Virus record (IMG/VR): IMGVR_UViG_3300037067_007008
Coordinates: 1,634 to 65,633 of that record
Source of the DNA: a virus
Taxonomy: Duplodnaviria; Caudoviricetes
Strand: one strand, 5' to 3'
Length of the DNA: 64,000 bases
Under the pieces are notes generated by a model, which was given only the letters and a program-made list of their open reading frames with translations, had not been told where the DNA came from and did no database searches. Below, piece by piece: positions 20,557 to 28,990 of the stretch; the stretch's first letter is position 1, and each line of letters starts with the position of its first letter. A program made the translations under genes and the position numbers.

Positions 20557-20771
20557 TTCTTCACCTCTTTCTTGGTTGCCTTCTCAATCAACGCCTGCTT
20601 CTTAAACTCCTCCTCAGATGCATGTACTCCATCCTCGAAGCCTCTTCTGTATTCAGCATCCCTCTGTGCAATAGAGTCCTCTATGAATGCACACCATGGA
20701 CACCGATCTCCTCTATACATTACAGTTGTGACATGGTTATTGCAGATGAATAGGTTATCTTTGTCTATCAT
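20553..20771 (-). CDS. Hypothetical protein (CxxC)
   Basis: 72 aa, within the operon. Confidence 0.45.
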   Translation of the reverse strand: MIDKDNLFICNNHVTTVMYRGDRCPWCAFIEDSIAQRDAEYRRGFEDGVHASEEEFKKQALIEKATKKEVKK

Positions 20772-20773
20772 AA

Positions 20774-21508
20774 CTAATGAATCCTCACTTTCAATGGAAG
20801 TATCGCCTTAAACCTATTGTAGATAACCTTGTGCGCCTCTTCATGCACCTGTTTATCCCCCTTAATCCCCTGCTTCCTGAGCCAGCCATCATACTGTGGG
20901 CTGCAGGAAGTCCTTCCACCAAGGTGGTGGCACTCAATGGGCAGCACCCACACACCCCACCCCTTCTCGGCCAGCATACAGGCCATGGCTGTGTCATAAC
21001 AATGGAACTGTAGTCCCATAGACTTGATTGCTCGCCAGCCTCCCACAGCATTATAGGCCTCCCTGCGGATGATCTGACAGAAGCCATCCAGTACCGCGCA
21101 TGGTACTGGCTCTGTGATCCGTTGTCCATGATCCTCAGCATCCCTGAGATTAGACATGAAGTTGATTCTGGCCAGCTGGTGGTAGTCGTAGCGAGTCTTG
21201 TAGAGGTCATCAGTGCCAAGACCTGATGCTCCCCCAAACCCTACCATGCCACACTCAGGATGCTTATCCATGAACTTCATGATCTTAGAGTCCCACCCTT
21301 CCTCATAAACCTCCACATCATCATGGATGAACATGAGGATGTCCCCCGGAAGGTCTCCTCCTGTTGCCATGTTATCCACTGCTGACATGTTTGGGCTGAG
21401 CATGATGAGGATGTCAGTATCCTCCCATCTGCTCAGGGATTCAAGCTGATCTCTTACTTTTGATGCACGTTCCATATCCCATGTGGGGATGATGACTGTT
21501 AGTTTCAT
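20774..21508 (-). CDS. Glycosyltransferase, GT-A fold (GT2-like)
   Basis: Start moved to MKLTVIIPTWD (SD GGAGG). FIHDDVEV, VLDG and FHCYD motifs. Confidence 0.8.
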   Translation of the reverse strand: MKLTVIIPTWDMERASKVRDQLESLSRWEDTDILIMLSPNMSAVDNMATGGDLPGDILMFIHDDVEVYEEGWDSKIMKFMDKHPECGMVGFGGASGLGTDDLYKTRYDYHQLARINFMSNLRDAEDHGQRITEPVPCAVLDGFCQIIRREAYNAVGGWRAIKSMGLQFHCYDTAMACMLAEKGWGVWVLPIECHHLGGRTSCSPQYDGWLRKQGIKGDKQVHEEAHKVIYNRFKAILPLKVRIH

Positions 21509-21654
21509 GCTGCGATCCTCCTTGCTATTGTTTTCCAATATGCCAGACGCCTTCTCAAGATGGGGGCACAGTCTGTGACCACTCCACCTTCTATAACAAA
21601 GCCAGCACATAGGTATGATGTGGTTACTCTATAGAGTCCATCACTTAGCTTCAT
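21505..21654 (-). CDS. Small hypothetical protein
   Basis: MKLSDGLYRVTTSYLCAGFVIEGGVVTDCAPILR..., ATGA-coupled on both sides. Confidence 0.45.
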   Translation of the reverse strand: MKLSDGLYRVTTSYLCAGFVIEGGVVTDCAPILRRRLAYWKTIARRIAA

Positions 21655-22811
21655 TTGGTAAGTCCTTCCCTGAACCACTTCTGCCATTGAATGTAGAGGT
21701 TACTCCAGTCTAAGTGCTTTACAGAGTCCCTCATCTCTTGCTTATCCCAACAGCCATGAGCTAACCCTCCAATGATTGCTTTAACCCAATCTGCAGCATC
21801 ATAGACAGGTCTCTTACAGTTGTTCCTGGTGTCATACCTATACCCAATAGGTTCGATAGCCCAAGTCTCATCTGGCAGTAACTCTGCCCCTCCTGCATAG
21901 AGACCATGTACCACTGGAGTCCCACAGGCTAGACTTTCTACTATGGGATAACCAAAGCCTTCCCCTAGACTTGGTAACATGGTGATATCACAAGCTGAGT
22001 ACATATAACTCATAGCCTTATCACTCAACGCATCGACATCAATAATCACCCTGTCCTCTACACCAAAGTCCACAGCCAATGCCCTGAGGTCCCAGTGCCT
22101 ATCCACAGAGTCCACCTTGAACCAGAACTTCACTCCTGGCTCCTGCCTCTTGAGTAATGCTGCAATCTCAAACGCCAGTCCCCAGTCCTTGCGTTGCTGG
22201 TTGGTCATGATACAACCAATCAGAGTCTCCTTCTCCTTCACACCCAGCCCTACTCTAACTGCAGCGCCATCCCGGATCTTGAAGGTGTCCATGTTGATAC
22301 CATGAGGGAGCCATTCAGCAGCACTCTTCCAGTCAAGGGTTCTGCTAATTACCCCGGAGCCAAACTGCCCATACGCCAGCACCCTATCATACTCCCTAAG
22401 AGTAGCCTCACTCAGGCAACTCAGCTTCCCTCCTGGTCCTTCATGATCAATAGGGAAGTAACCCCATTTGTAGTATGGAGGATGCTTAAGCCACTCCTCA
22501 TTAGGCATACCCTTTGGGTTGGCAAACCACAGGAGTCTAGAGGGGTCCCATATTGTGAACACTATCCCTTTCTCCTCTCCTGCGAAGTCATACCATACCT
22601 GCTGCAGGTACTCCTCGCCCCACTGCCCTCCATATTCAGGGTAGTTATACTGAGCAAAGGGTAACTTACTACTATAGATCCCACCCCTGCCCAGGAACCC
22701 CACCCTGAACTCATCCATTCTTGACACTAGCACTGCCAAGTCCCTACCTATCCTACTCAGTCCCCCTGCTGCTGAGGGGGAATCACCTAAGAATAGTATT
22801 GGTGTCTGCAT
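21651..22811 (-). CDS. Glycosyltransferase, GT-B fold (GT4-like)
   Basis: ILFLGDSP...GGLSRIG N-terminus and EGFGYPIVESLACGTP (E-x7-E). Start MQTP overlaps the polymerase stop (TAATG). Confidence 0.85.
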   Translation of the reverse strand: MQTPILFLGDSPSAAGGLSRIGRDLAVLVSRMDEFRVGFLGRGGIYSSKLPFAQYNYPEYGGQWGEEYLQQVWYDFAGEEKGIVFTIWDPSRLLWFANPKGMPNEEWLKHPPYYKWGYFPIDHEGPGGKLSCLSEATLREYDRVLAYGQFGSGVISRTLDWKSAAEWLPHGINMDTFKIRDGAAVRVGLGVKEKETLIGCIMTNQQRKDWGLAFEIAALLKRQEPGVKFWFKVDSVDRHWDLRALAVDFGVEDRVIIDVDALSDKAMSYMYSACDITMLPSLGEGFGYPIVESLACGTPVVHGLYAGGAELLPDETWAIEPIGYRYDTRNNCKRPVYDAADWVKAIIGGLAHGCWDKQEMRDSVKHLDWSNLYIQWQKWFREGLTK

Positions 22812-25351
22812 TATTTCATCTCCTTTTCTATCCAATCACTATAGTCAATTGTAGTTCCCCAACTTCTCCCAACAACTACCTCAACCTCAATACTCAATCC
22901 ACCTAACTGAGGCAGAGGAGCTTCCATACACTCCTTCAATATACCCACAGCCCAAACCAACTTCTCTATAGGCACTTCACATACCAATGAATCGTGGATC
23001 ATCATTCTGACCATCCCAAATATCTCTGGTATCTTAGCAAGTTTCTTCAACGCCTCACTGATAACTCCTGCTCCACTACTCTGGGGTAGGAATGCTACTG
23101 CTTTCTTAGCATCCGTACCCCATTCTAACTGTTGGCCACGATAGTGGAGTACATCAAAGAAATAATGCCTATACCCAAAGGAATTGGTTAAGCAATGTGG
23201 TGGTTGGTATGCTGTATACAACATCTTCTGCTGCCACGTCTTAACCTTCTTTGCTATGGTAGCAAAGTACATATCCTGTAGCTTCTTCGCCTCTCCCACC
23301 GTCTTGAATAGGTCTGGGTACTCCATACGCATACGTTTGGGGCTACCCAAGTAGTTAGATAAATGGACTGTGTGTTTACAGGCATCATAAAGGGTAGCAT
23401 CCAACCGCTTCAACCCCCTAGCCATCTCCTTAATGTCTCTATCTTTAAGGCTTAGTGATATAGGTCTTCCCATTACGTGAGATTGTAGGATGGCATGGAC
23501 GCCTAGCTTGGCGGCCCTGATGTAATCAGGGTCCTCTGCAAGGAAGCCTACTATCTGTGCCTCCAATGATTTGAAGTCCAGCTCTACCAACACACACCCA
23601 GGTGCAGCAATGAACTGCTTTCTATACTCATCACTTAAGGATGAGTGCTTCATGACGTTCTGAATATTCGGATTTTCAGAATTATAGCGGAACGTAGAGG
23701 GCTTCCTATTATAATGACTCCTTATTCTTCCATCAGGTCCTGGGACGTAGCCATTGATATAGGTACCAATGATCTTCTTGAATCCTCTGGCATCCAGTAT
23801 GCGTACATACAGCGGGTCATCAGGAAACTTATCAGCTAACTTTTCAATCTCCGCTGCCCCTGTCGTGTCTTTCCCTGTCTTGTAGTTGGTCGGGACTGGG
23901 TGGCCCATGTGACGCATATATCGAACAACTTGTTGGGAGCTACTGTATAGGAAATGTTGATGCTCGATCCATTCCCCGGTGTCACGGTCAAAATCCCAGT
24001 ACCAATTTGGGTCAGAAAGGCGAACTGGTTTTCCAAGTTCGGCGTCAGGGGGAATGCTCTTCCTGTACTTAACTCCTTTAACTTCAAGCGGTACTGCTTT
24101 TTGGATCTCATCATCTATCCTCCCTAGCTCTGTCTCTACTTCATTCCTAAACTTAGCCTGTTGCTCCTGGTCCAGCAGCACTCCACTATTGGCCATGCTG
24201 ATTACATAAGGCATTAGCTCTACATAATGACTTATAAATGCCTCCATCCTGCCCTGCTCCTCAAGCAGCTTCTTAACCTTAAGGGTAATCTGTATGGTGG
24301 CATCTGCATCCTTGCAGCTATAGTACTCAGGCAGGTCTTGACTTAAACTCTTCCATTCCTTCAGTTCAGTAAAGAAGGTAGCTACATAACCTAACCCCTT
24401 AGGGAGGTCACTCTGCAGAAAGTGCCACATGTACATAGCGTCAAGCGGGTTTCCAATCTCAAGACCCTTGGACTGCAAACGGGGCACATCAAACTCCTGA
24501 TTCCAAAACACCGTATGCGCCCATGGGAGTGCCAGTATCCTCTCAATCCATTCGAATGTGTAGTGGGTCCAAGGGATGGTAATTGAATAGTGAGGCCTAA
24601 AAGAAGCACTAACCCTAAGAATGTCCGTGTCAATGATGTTCCCATAATCATCCTCTGTTGCTCCTCCACTGTGAGGAGTCTCAATATCAAATGCTAACCA
24701 CTCTCCCCTGTCTGCTGCTGCTTTACACTCCTCATAGAATCTCTGCAGGTCATCCCCTGATGGATGCTCCAGGTACCTACAGTCAGGCTCCCTATACCCT
24801 TCCCTTACCACCCTAAGTGCTCTCTTGATATCTATAGAGTGAACATCAGTAAGATTTTGATTACCTCTCATGATGAAGGAGGGATGATATGTAGGCACCA
24901 CATGAAAGGAGTGACCAGCATAGGTGCAGGTATAGACATATCCCCTTCTATCCTCTATACCTTTGACACCAAGGAGGAAGTTCATGGGGACATTACCAAG
25001 GGGTACTACTACCTTAGGTTTGAACCTGTTGATCTCATCAGCGAAGTAGCTACTGCAGTTATTGATGGCATCCCCTTCCCATGGAGCGCCATCAAGCCAG
25101 TTCTGTGGGGGTTTACATCTGCAGACATTGTTAATCCTGAATTCATTCCTGCTGCACTGCACTCTCTGGAGGGTCCTGTTGAGCTGTACGCCAGAATCTC
25201 CAACGAAAGGCGCTCCTATCTGAGCCTCTCTAGCTCCAAGTGCCTCCCCCAGCAGTAGCACTCCATTAGATCCTGTACCAGTACCATCAGCATACCCATA
25301 CCCCTTGGTAAGCAGGCTACAGGCCCCGCAACGTGGCGGTTTGCTTAGCAT
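22811..25351 (-). CDS. Family A DNA polymerase with N-terminal family-4 uracil-DNA-glycosylase-like domain and 3'-5' exonuclease
   Basis: UDG: CGAC, GEALGAREAQIGAPFVGDSG, NVCRCKPP, HPS. Exo: FDIET, NQEFD, YSCKD. Pol motif A DFKSLE, motif B KHTVHLSNY, motif C HDS. Confidence 0.92.
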   Translation of the reverse strand: MLSKPPRCGACSLLTKGYGYADGTGTGSNGVLLLGEALGAREAQIGAPFVGDSGVQLNRTLQRVQCSRNEFRINNVCRCKPPQNWLDGAPWEGDAINNCSSYFADEINRFKPKVVVPLGNVPMNFLLGVKGIEDRRGYVYTCTYAGHSFHVVPTYHPSFIMRGNQNLTDVHSIDIKRALRVVREGYREPDCRYLEHPSGDDLQRFYEECKAAADRGEWLAFDIETPHSGGATEDDYGNIIDTDILRVSASFRPHYSITIPWTHYTFEWIERILALPWAHTVFWNQEFDVPRLQSKGLEIGNPLDAMYMWHFLQSDLPKGLGYVATFFTELKEWKSLSQDLPEYYSCKDADATIQITLKVKKLLEEQGRMEAFISHYVELMPYVISMANSGVLLDQEQQAKFRNEVETELGRIDDEIQKAVPLEVKGVKYRKSIPPDAELGKPVRLSDPNWYWDFDRDTGEWIEHQHFLYSSSQQVVRYMRHMGHPVPTNYKTGKDTTGAAEIEKLADKFPDDPLYVRILDARGFKKIIGTYINGYVPGPDGRIRSHYNRKPSTFRYNSENPNIQNVMKHSSLSDEYRKQFIAAPGCVLVELDFKSLEAQIVGFLAEDPDYIRAAKLGVHAILQSHVMGRPISLSLKDRDIKEMARGLKRLDATLYDACKHTVHLSNYLGSPKRMRMEYPDLFKTVGEAKKLQDMYFATIAKKVKTWQQKMLYTAYQPPHCLTNSFGYRHYFFDVLHYRGQQLEWGTDAKKAVAFLPQSSGAGVISEALKKLAKIPEIFGMVRMMIHDSLVCEVPIEKLVWAVGILKECMEAPLPQLGGLSIEVEVVVGRSWGTTIDYSDWIEKEMK

Positions 25352-25611
25352 ATTCTATCTCCAAGAAATCCTGAATTTTGGTGCAAAAATTTTACTGCTT
25401 AACTGATATCAAACTTCCTATTACTGCTTTTTGATAATCATCTGCTACCAACCGTCATTAACCAGTTTATAAACCTTCTCCACCATGGAAGGCAATTAGA
25501 ATCTGTCATGGAATCACACTTTCTATTGCATCAGGGCACCCCACCATTGAGGTGCCCCCTACCATTACCATACATTCCTTTGCACAGTAGGTATGATAAT
25601 GATATTCACTT

Positions 25612-25860
25612 TCAACGCGGGGAGAATTTGTGTAACACCCTCCGCACCAGTTCCCACCCACCTAACTTTCTAGGGAACTTATTGATATGAGCATACCTAT
25701 TCTTTCCTGGTGTGCCATCAGACTGCTTATTGTTGGAAAGTCTGATGTCATAGTTCCCATATGCATGGGTTCCACCTACGTTGACTATCTCCATGACTCC
25801 TATCAGATACTTAGCCTCCTCCTGGCCAAATGGAACCATCTCCAGCGTAACCCTAAGCAC
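25612..25860 (-). CDS. Hypothetical phage protein
   Basis: 82 aa, SD GGAGG, in operon. Confidence 0.5.
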   Translation of the reverse strand: MLRVTLEMVPFGQEEAKYLIGVMEIVNVGGTHAYGNYDIRLSNNKQSDGTPGKNRYAHINKFPRKLGGWELVRRVLHKFSPR

Positions 25861-26122
25861 TCTTAGCCTCCCTACAGGTTCTCCTATACGCCCTCAGTGC
25901 CCTGACTGCAGCAATCCTGAACCCACTCTTCTCATTGGGCTTATCATGGGGGTTGCGCTTGGCTACCCCCATGAAGTGCTTGTTGTTGATGATGGTTTCC
26001 AAGAGCACAATAGTATAGTTCCCCTGTTGTTGAACCTCATACCTCAGCCCCATCATCATAGTCATAGGGAGCAGGTCCCTAAGTGGTACTGACTGAATAA
26101 ATTCCTCATCCATATTCTTCAT
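25853..26122 (-). CDS. Hypothetical phage protein
   Basis: 89 aa, in operon. Confidence 0.45.
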   Translation of the reverse strand: MKNMDEEFIQSVPLRDLLPMTMMMGLRYEVQQQGNYTIVLLETIINNKHFMGVAKRNPHDKPNEKSGFRIAAVRALRAYRRTCREAKSA

Positions 26123-26154
26123 GTCACTCCTCTAGAAGTGATAAATAATGTTAC

Positions 26155-26349
26155 TTACTTTTGGGTAATCCTAGGGCTTCTTGGTGTGCCGATAGGATAT
26201 TTTTCAATTTCTTCGGCGAAGGCTTCGAAATAGCAATCGCTACATACTATGGCACTATCCTCAAATACAGCTTGGCATACCCCACATTTTGTAGGCTGAC
26301 AAAGATCATGCAGCTCATCAAGGCTCTTAATCAGGAGATTTTTGCTCAT
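26155..26349 (-). CDS. Hypothetical protein (two CxxC)
   Basis: 64 aa, SD GGAGG just after the tRNA. Confidence 0.5.
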   Translation of the reverse strand: MSKNLLIKSLDELHDLCQPTKCGVCQAVFEDSAIVCSDCYFEAFAEEIEKYPIGTPRSPRITQK

Positions 26350-26374
26350 TGAATACCTCCGTTACCATTAAGGT

Positions 26375-26448
26375 TGGTGCTGCTGTGGGGACTCGAACCA
26401 CGTTCTCTCGCTTATAGGGCAAGGGCACTACCCATATGCTACAGCAGC
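26375..26448 (-). tRNA. tRNA-Ile(UAU)-like, atypical
   Basis: Acceptor GCTGCTG/CAGCAGC plus A73-CCA. D stem GCAT/GTGC. Anticodon stem CTTGC/GCGAG with loop CC-TAT-AA. T loop TTCGAGT. C33 and two T-stem mismatches. Confidence 0.75.
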
Positions 26449-26468
26449 GTTTACTTCTTAATGAAGGT

Positions 26469-26713
26469 ATGGAGAAGCAGCTCTCACCTTTACATCGCCT
26501 GACATAAAGGGCTTCTCCATATCCCCATTGGCTACCTGCTGGATATCGAAACCGGGTCGTCATGCACCTACATGAATTACAGGTAGCTAAAGTGTTAGCG
26601 CCCCAGGTGACCTACTGCAGTCTTACCAATGGCTGAGGCGCACAACGCGACACTCTTCGGGTCCATGGTACCCTAGCTGGTTGTGGCTGGCCTTGTCACA
26701 GCCCTTTGGACTC
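26469..26713 (-). ncRNA. Candidate structured ncRNA (four consecutive multi-helix domains) upstream of the tRNA
   Basis: Closing stems ATGGAGAAGC/GCTTCTCCAT, GCTACCTG/CAGGTAGC, GCGCCTCAG/CTGGGGCGC, GTCCA/TGGAC, each enclosing internal hairpins. No credible ORF. Confidence 0.5.
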
Positions 26714-26739
26714 AACACAGCAGGTGTCGAAATGCTTTG

Positions 26740-27396
26740 CTAAGGTATAAACCTCTTAATCTGAACCTGTGCCCTCACTTCTTCCCCACAGTCAGGACAC
26801 GTAAAGATATCCTTCCGGCTTCCATTGGCATTGATTGGGAAGGCTCTATAGTTCTTAGCCTTCACAGATGCCTTCCGTGCTCCATCCCAATCTTCTTTGG
26901 TAGCTGCTTGCTTAGCTTCCTCAATGGTCCCAGACTGTGTAGCATTCATCAGGAACTTATCCCGACACACCCCACACACACCTTCCCAGTCCAGTTGTCC
27001 CTGAAACGGAGTCCCAGGTCCTCTATCCGCAATGCTCTGCAGCGCAAGGGCGAAGGCCTTATTGCTGGTAGGAGCCTGCTGAATCCCTCCTGACTTAACC
27101 AGATCCATCATAAAGCTGGTAGCCTTACCATCTCTACGATTGAAGGTGACATTGTTCACTCTCTGGAAGTTCACTGCTCTGGTATCATACTCCCCACCCT
27201 GGATTCTGAAATCCAATGTGGCAAAGAGCCTCAATCCTTGCTTAGTCTGCTTCTCAGCCATGTCCCGGATCTTGTCAAGGTACATATGGTACGTCCCCGC
27301 CGGAGGTGGAGGCGCAAACTCAGGAGCTGGCTCCCAGTCATCGAAACTCTGTTGTGTATCAAGTTGCTCGTCACTGAAATTCATTGCATCAGTCAT
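26740..27396 (-). CDS. Probable ssDNA-binding protein (DUF669/OB-fold-like)
   Basis: PPPAGTYHMYLDKI...ATLDFRIQGGEYD pattern. Next to recombinase-like ATPase and exonuclease. Confidence 0.5.
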   Translation of the reverse strand: MTDAMNFSDEQLDTQQSFDDWEPAPEFAPPPPAGTYHMYLDKIRDMAEKQTKQGLRLFATLDFRIQGGEYDTRAVNFQRVNNVTFNRRDGKATSFMMDLVKSGGIQQAPTSNKAFALALQSIADRGPGTPFQGQLDWEGVCGVCRDKFLMNATQSGTIEEAKQAATKEDWDGARKASVKAKNYRAFPINANGSRKDIFTCPDCGEEVRAQVQIKRFIP

Positions 27397-27428
27397 TTTT
27401 ATTTTGTCCTTTATTGGTTTAGTTGTTG

Positions 27429-27704
27429 TTATTGTGAACTCTTACGCTGAAGTTTAAGTAAATCAAACGCCATCGACCACCTAACCTTCCGATCCTCTCC
27501 AGGAAATCTCTGACTCATATCCACAAAGGCCTCATGCCTCTGTCTCTGCCTACGAAGTTGACGTGTTTCAAAGTGAGTCCTATCCCACTCGATGACTCTC
27601 TGTGAGGTCTCAGCCGATTTCACAAGCTGATACTTCATCCACTTGGTCATCTTACTTACTGCCTGCTCTATCAAACCTTCTTTTGCTATTGTCTTATCTT
27701 CCAT
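27429..27704 (-). CDS. Hypothetical protein
   Basis: 91 aa, SD GAGGA. Confidence 0.45.
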   Translation of the reverse strand: MEDKTIAKEGLIEQAVSKMTKWMKYQLVKSAETSQRVIEWDRTHFETRQLRRQRQRHEAFVDMSQRFPGEDRKVRWSMAFDLLKLQRKSSQ

Positions 27705-27716
27705 GGCTATCCTCTT

Positions 27717-27824
27717 ATCTAGGGTCAGCTTTTAATCTAGGGTCAGCTGCTGCTCACCTGCTGTCCTTCAGCAGTGTTCTTCGGGTTGCTTTCGGCTCCC
27801 CTTTCAGGGAGCCTTCAAGCACCC
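27717..27824 (-). other. Intergenic structured element plus 14-bp direct repeat
   Basis: GGCTCCCT-GAAA-GGGGAGCC hairpin nested in GGGTGCT/AGCAACCC. ATCTAGGGTCAGCT at 27717 and 27735. Confidence 0.45.
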
Positions 27825-27833
27825 TTCAGATAC

Positions 27834-28787
27834 TTACTTAGCAGTCACTGTTGAAGCTGCCTGTTCAATGCTCATCCCCAACTCATTCATCAGCTGAGCC
27901 TTAGCAAGTCCATGACTCTCATTAAGCTTAGTCAGGAACGCATCCAGTGAACACTCTCTGCCTTCCAGAAACTCAGGCAGCGGGAAGTAGAAGTGACCCC
28001 TGTTCTTAGCTACATAGGGTATCCCATCATCCTCAAAGTGGTTGCTAAGGTATAGGCGTCTAACCACAGCCCCCTTCTTCAACCCTCCCATACCAGTCAG
28101 ATAGATATGCAGAGTGTTATCAAACCATGCCGCAGCACCAGCTGTCTTGGCCTTACCACAAATATCAGGTCCATACAGAGGCAACCTTGTATTATCATCA
28201 GTACTCTTTAGCTCAAGAGCTGTCCACATTGTATAGACTCCTCTGAGAGCCTTACTCTGAGCCACGAAGTCACTGATCCGTGACTGCACGTTACCATAGT
28301 GAGCCATACTGGGTGATCCATAGCTGGTCCCACCGTCCTTGAAGTTACTGGACTGAGCAGAGATCTTAATCTTTCCAGAGGCTTCCTGACTGTTGATGTA
28401 ACTCATCATCCAGTCACAACCTTCAGTAATCCCATCGAACGCTACCCCACCTACCCTGGCCCAGTCTTTCTGCTCAGTAACAGGTATCAACTTAGAGGTA
28501 GGGTCCTGAGGATCAATAGGCCAGTACCCTTTGGTAACCTTATCCAAGGTCTCAATCGGGAACTCTCTACCTCTGATATAGGTAGGAATAATAAGTCCTG
28601 CATCCACAGCAGGCTGAATGGAAGTCCACCCGCCACCACTCATACTTACCAACCTAGTGATCTTACCAGTGGTTCTATAGATATACTTAGCTAACTCCTG
28701 TATCTGTGTGGTCTTACCAGCACCACTGACACCGTATACAAGGATGGATTCAATGCACTTAGAGTACTTCTCAACAGCTACTACCAT
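27834..28787 (-). CDS. P-loop ATPase, AAA_24/Sak4-like recombination protein
   Basis: ILVYGVSGAGKTT Walker A, VAFDGIT Walker B. Flanked by SSB-like and exonuclease genes. Confidence 0.7.
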   Translation of the reverse strand: MVVAVEKYSKCIESILVYGVSGAGKTTQIQELAKYIYRTTGKITRLVSMSGGGWTSIQPAVDAGLIIPTYIRGREFPIETLDKVTKGYWPIDPQDPTSKLIPVTEQKDWARVGGVAFDGITEGCDWMMSYINSQEASGKIKISAQSSNFKDGGTSYGSPSMAHYGNVQSRISDFVAQSKALRGVYTMWTALELKSTDDNTRLPLYGPDICGKAKTAGAAAWFDNTLHIYLTGMGGLKKGAVVRRLYLSNHFEDDGIPYVAKNRGHFYFPLPEFLEGRECSLDAFLTKLNESHGLAKAQLMNELGMSIEQAASTVTAK

Positions 28788-28798
28788 TTAAAACTCCT

Positions 28799-28990
28799 TT
28801 AATTTTCTGTTATATCTGGAGCACATTTGACACAGTACTTTACAGCTACATCCTCAAACAATCCTGGTACCCACACCTCCTCTCCACACTTTGTACAGTA
28901 GTAAAGCTTGTGATCATCTTGGTACATGTCATTGTTACAGACCACATACTTAGCCTTCTTCATGAAGTTCAAGTAAGCCTCAGGACTCAT
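28799..28990 (-). CDS. Small zinc-finger protein
   Basis: CTKC...CVKC. Start MSPEAY. Confidence 0.45.
   Translation of the reverse strand: MSPEAYLNFMKKAKYVVCNNDMYQDDHKLYYCTKCGEEVWVPGLFEDVAVKYCVKCAPDITEN

Noticed and set aside
22811-25351. Z-genome (diaminopurine) or hmU/hmC genome
   Set aside because: No PurZ, dATPase, dCMP deaminase or thymidylate-synthase-like hydroxymethylase is recognisable in the window.
26375-26448. Amber suppressor (CUA) reading of the tRNA
   Set aside because: CTA occurs in the loop, but the 5-bp stem fixes positions 34-36 as TAT. Shifting the register destroys the stem.
26375-26713. tmRNA
   Set aside because: The acceptor stem lacks the G3.U70 alanine determinant, the tRNA is a self-contained cloverleaf, and no tag reading frame was identifiable.
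26327-27093. ORFs 26327-26563 (-) and 26683-27093 (+)
   Set aside because: They overlap the tRNA, the structured RNA or the SSB-like gene, and have no SD or recognisable motifs.
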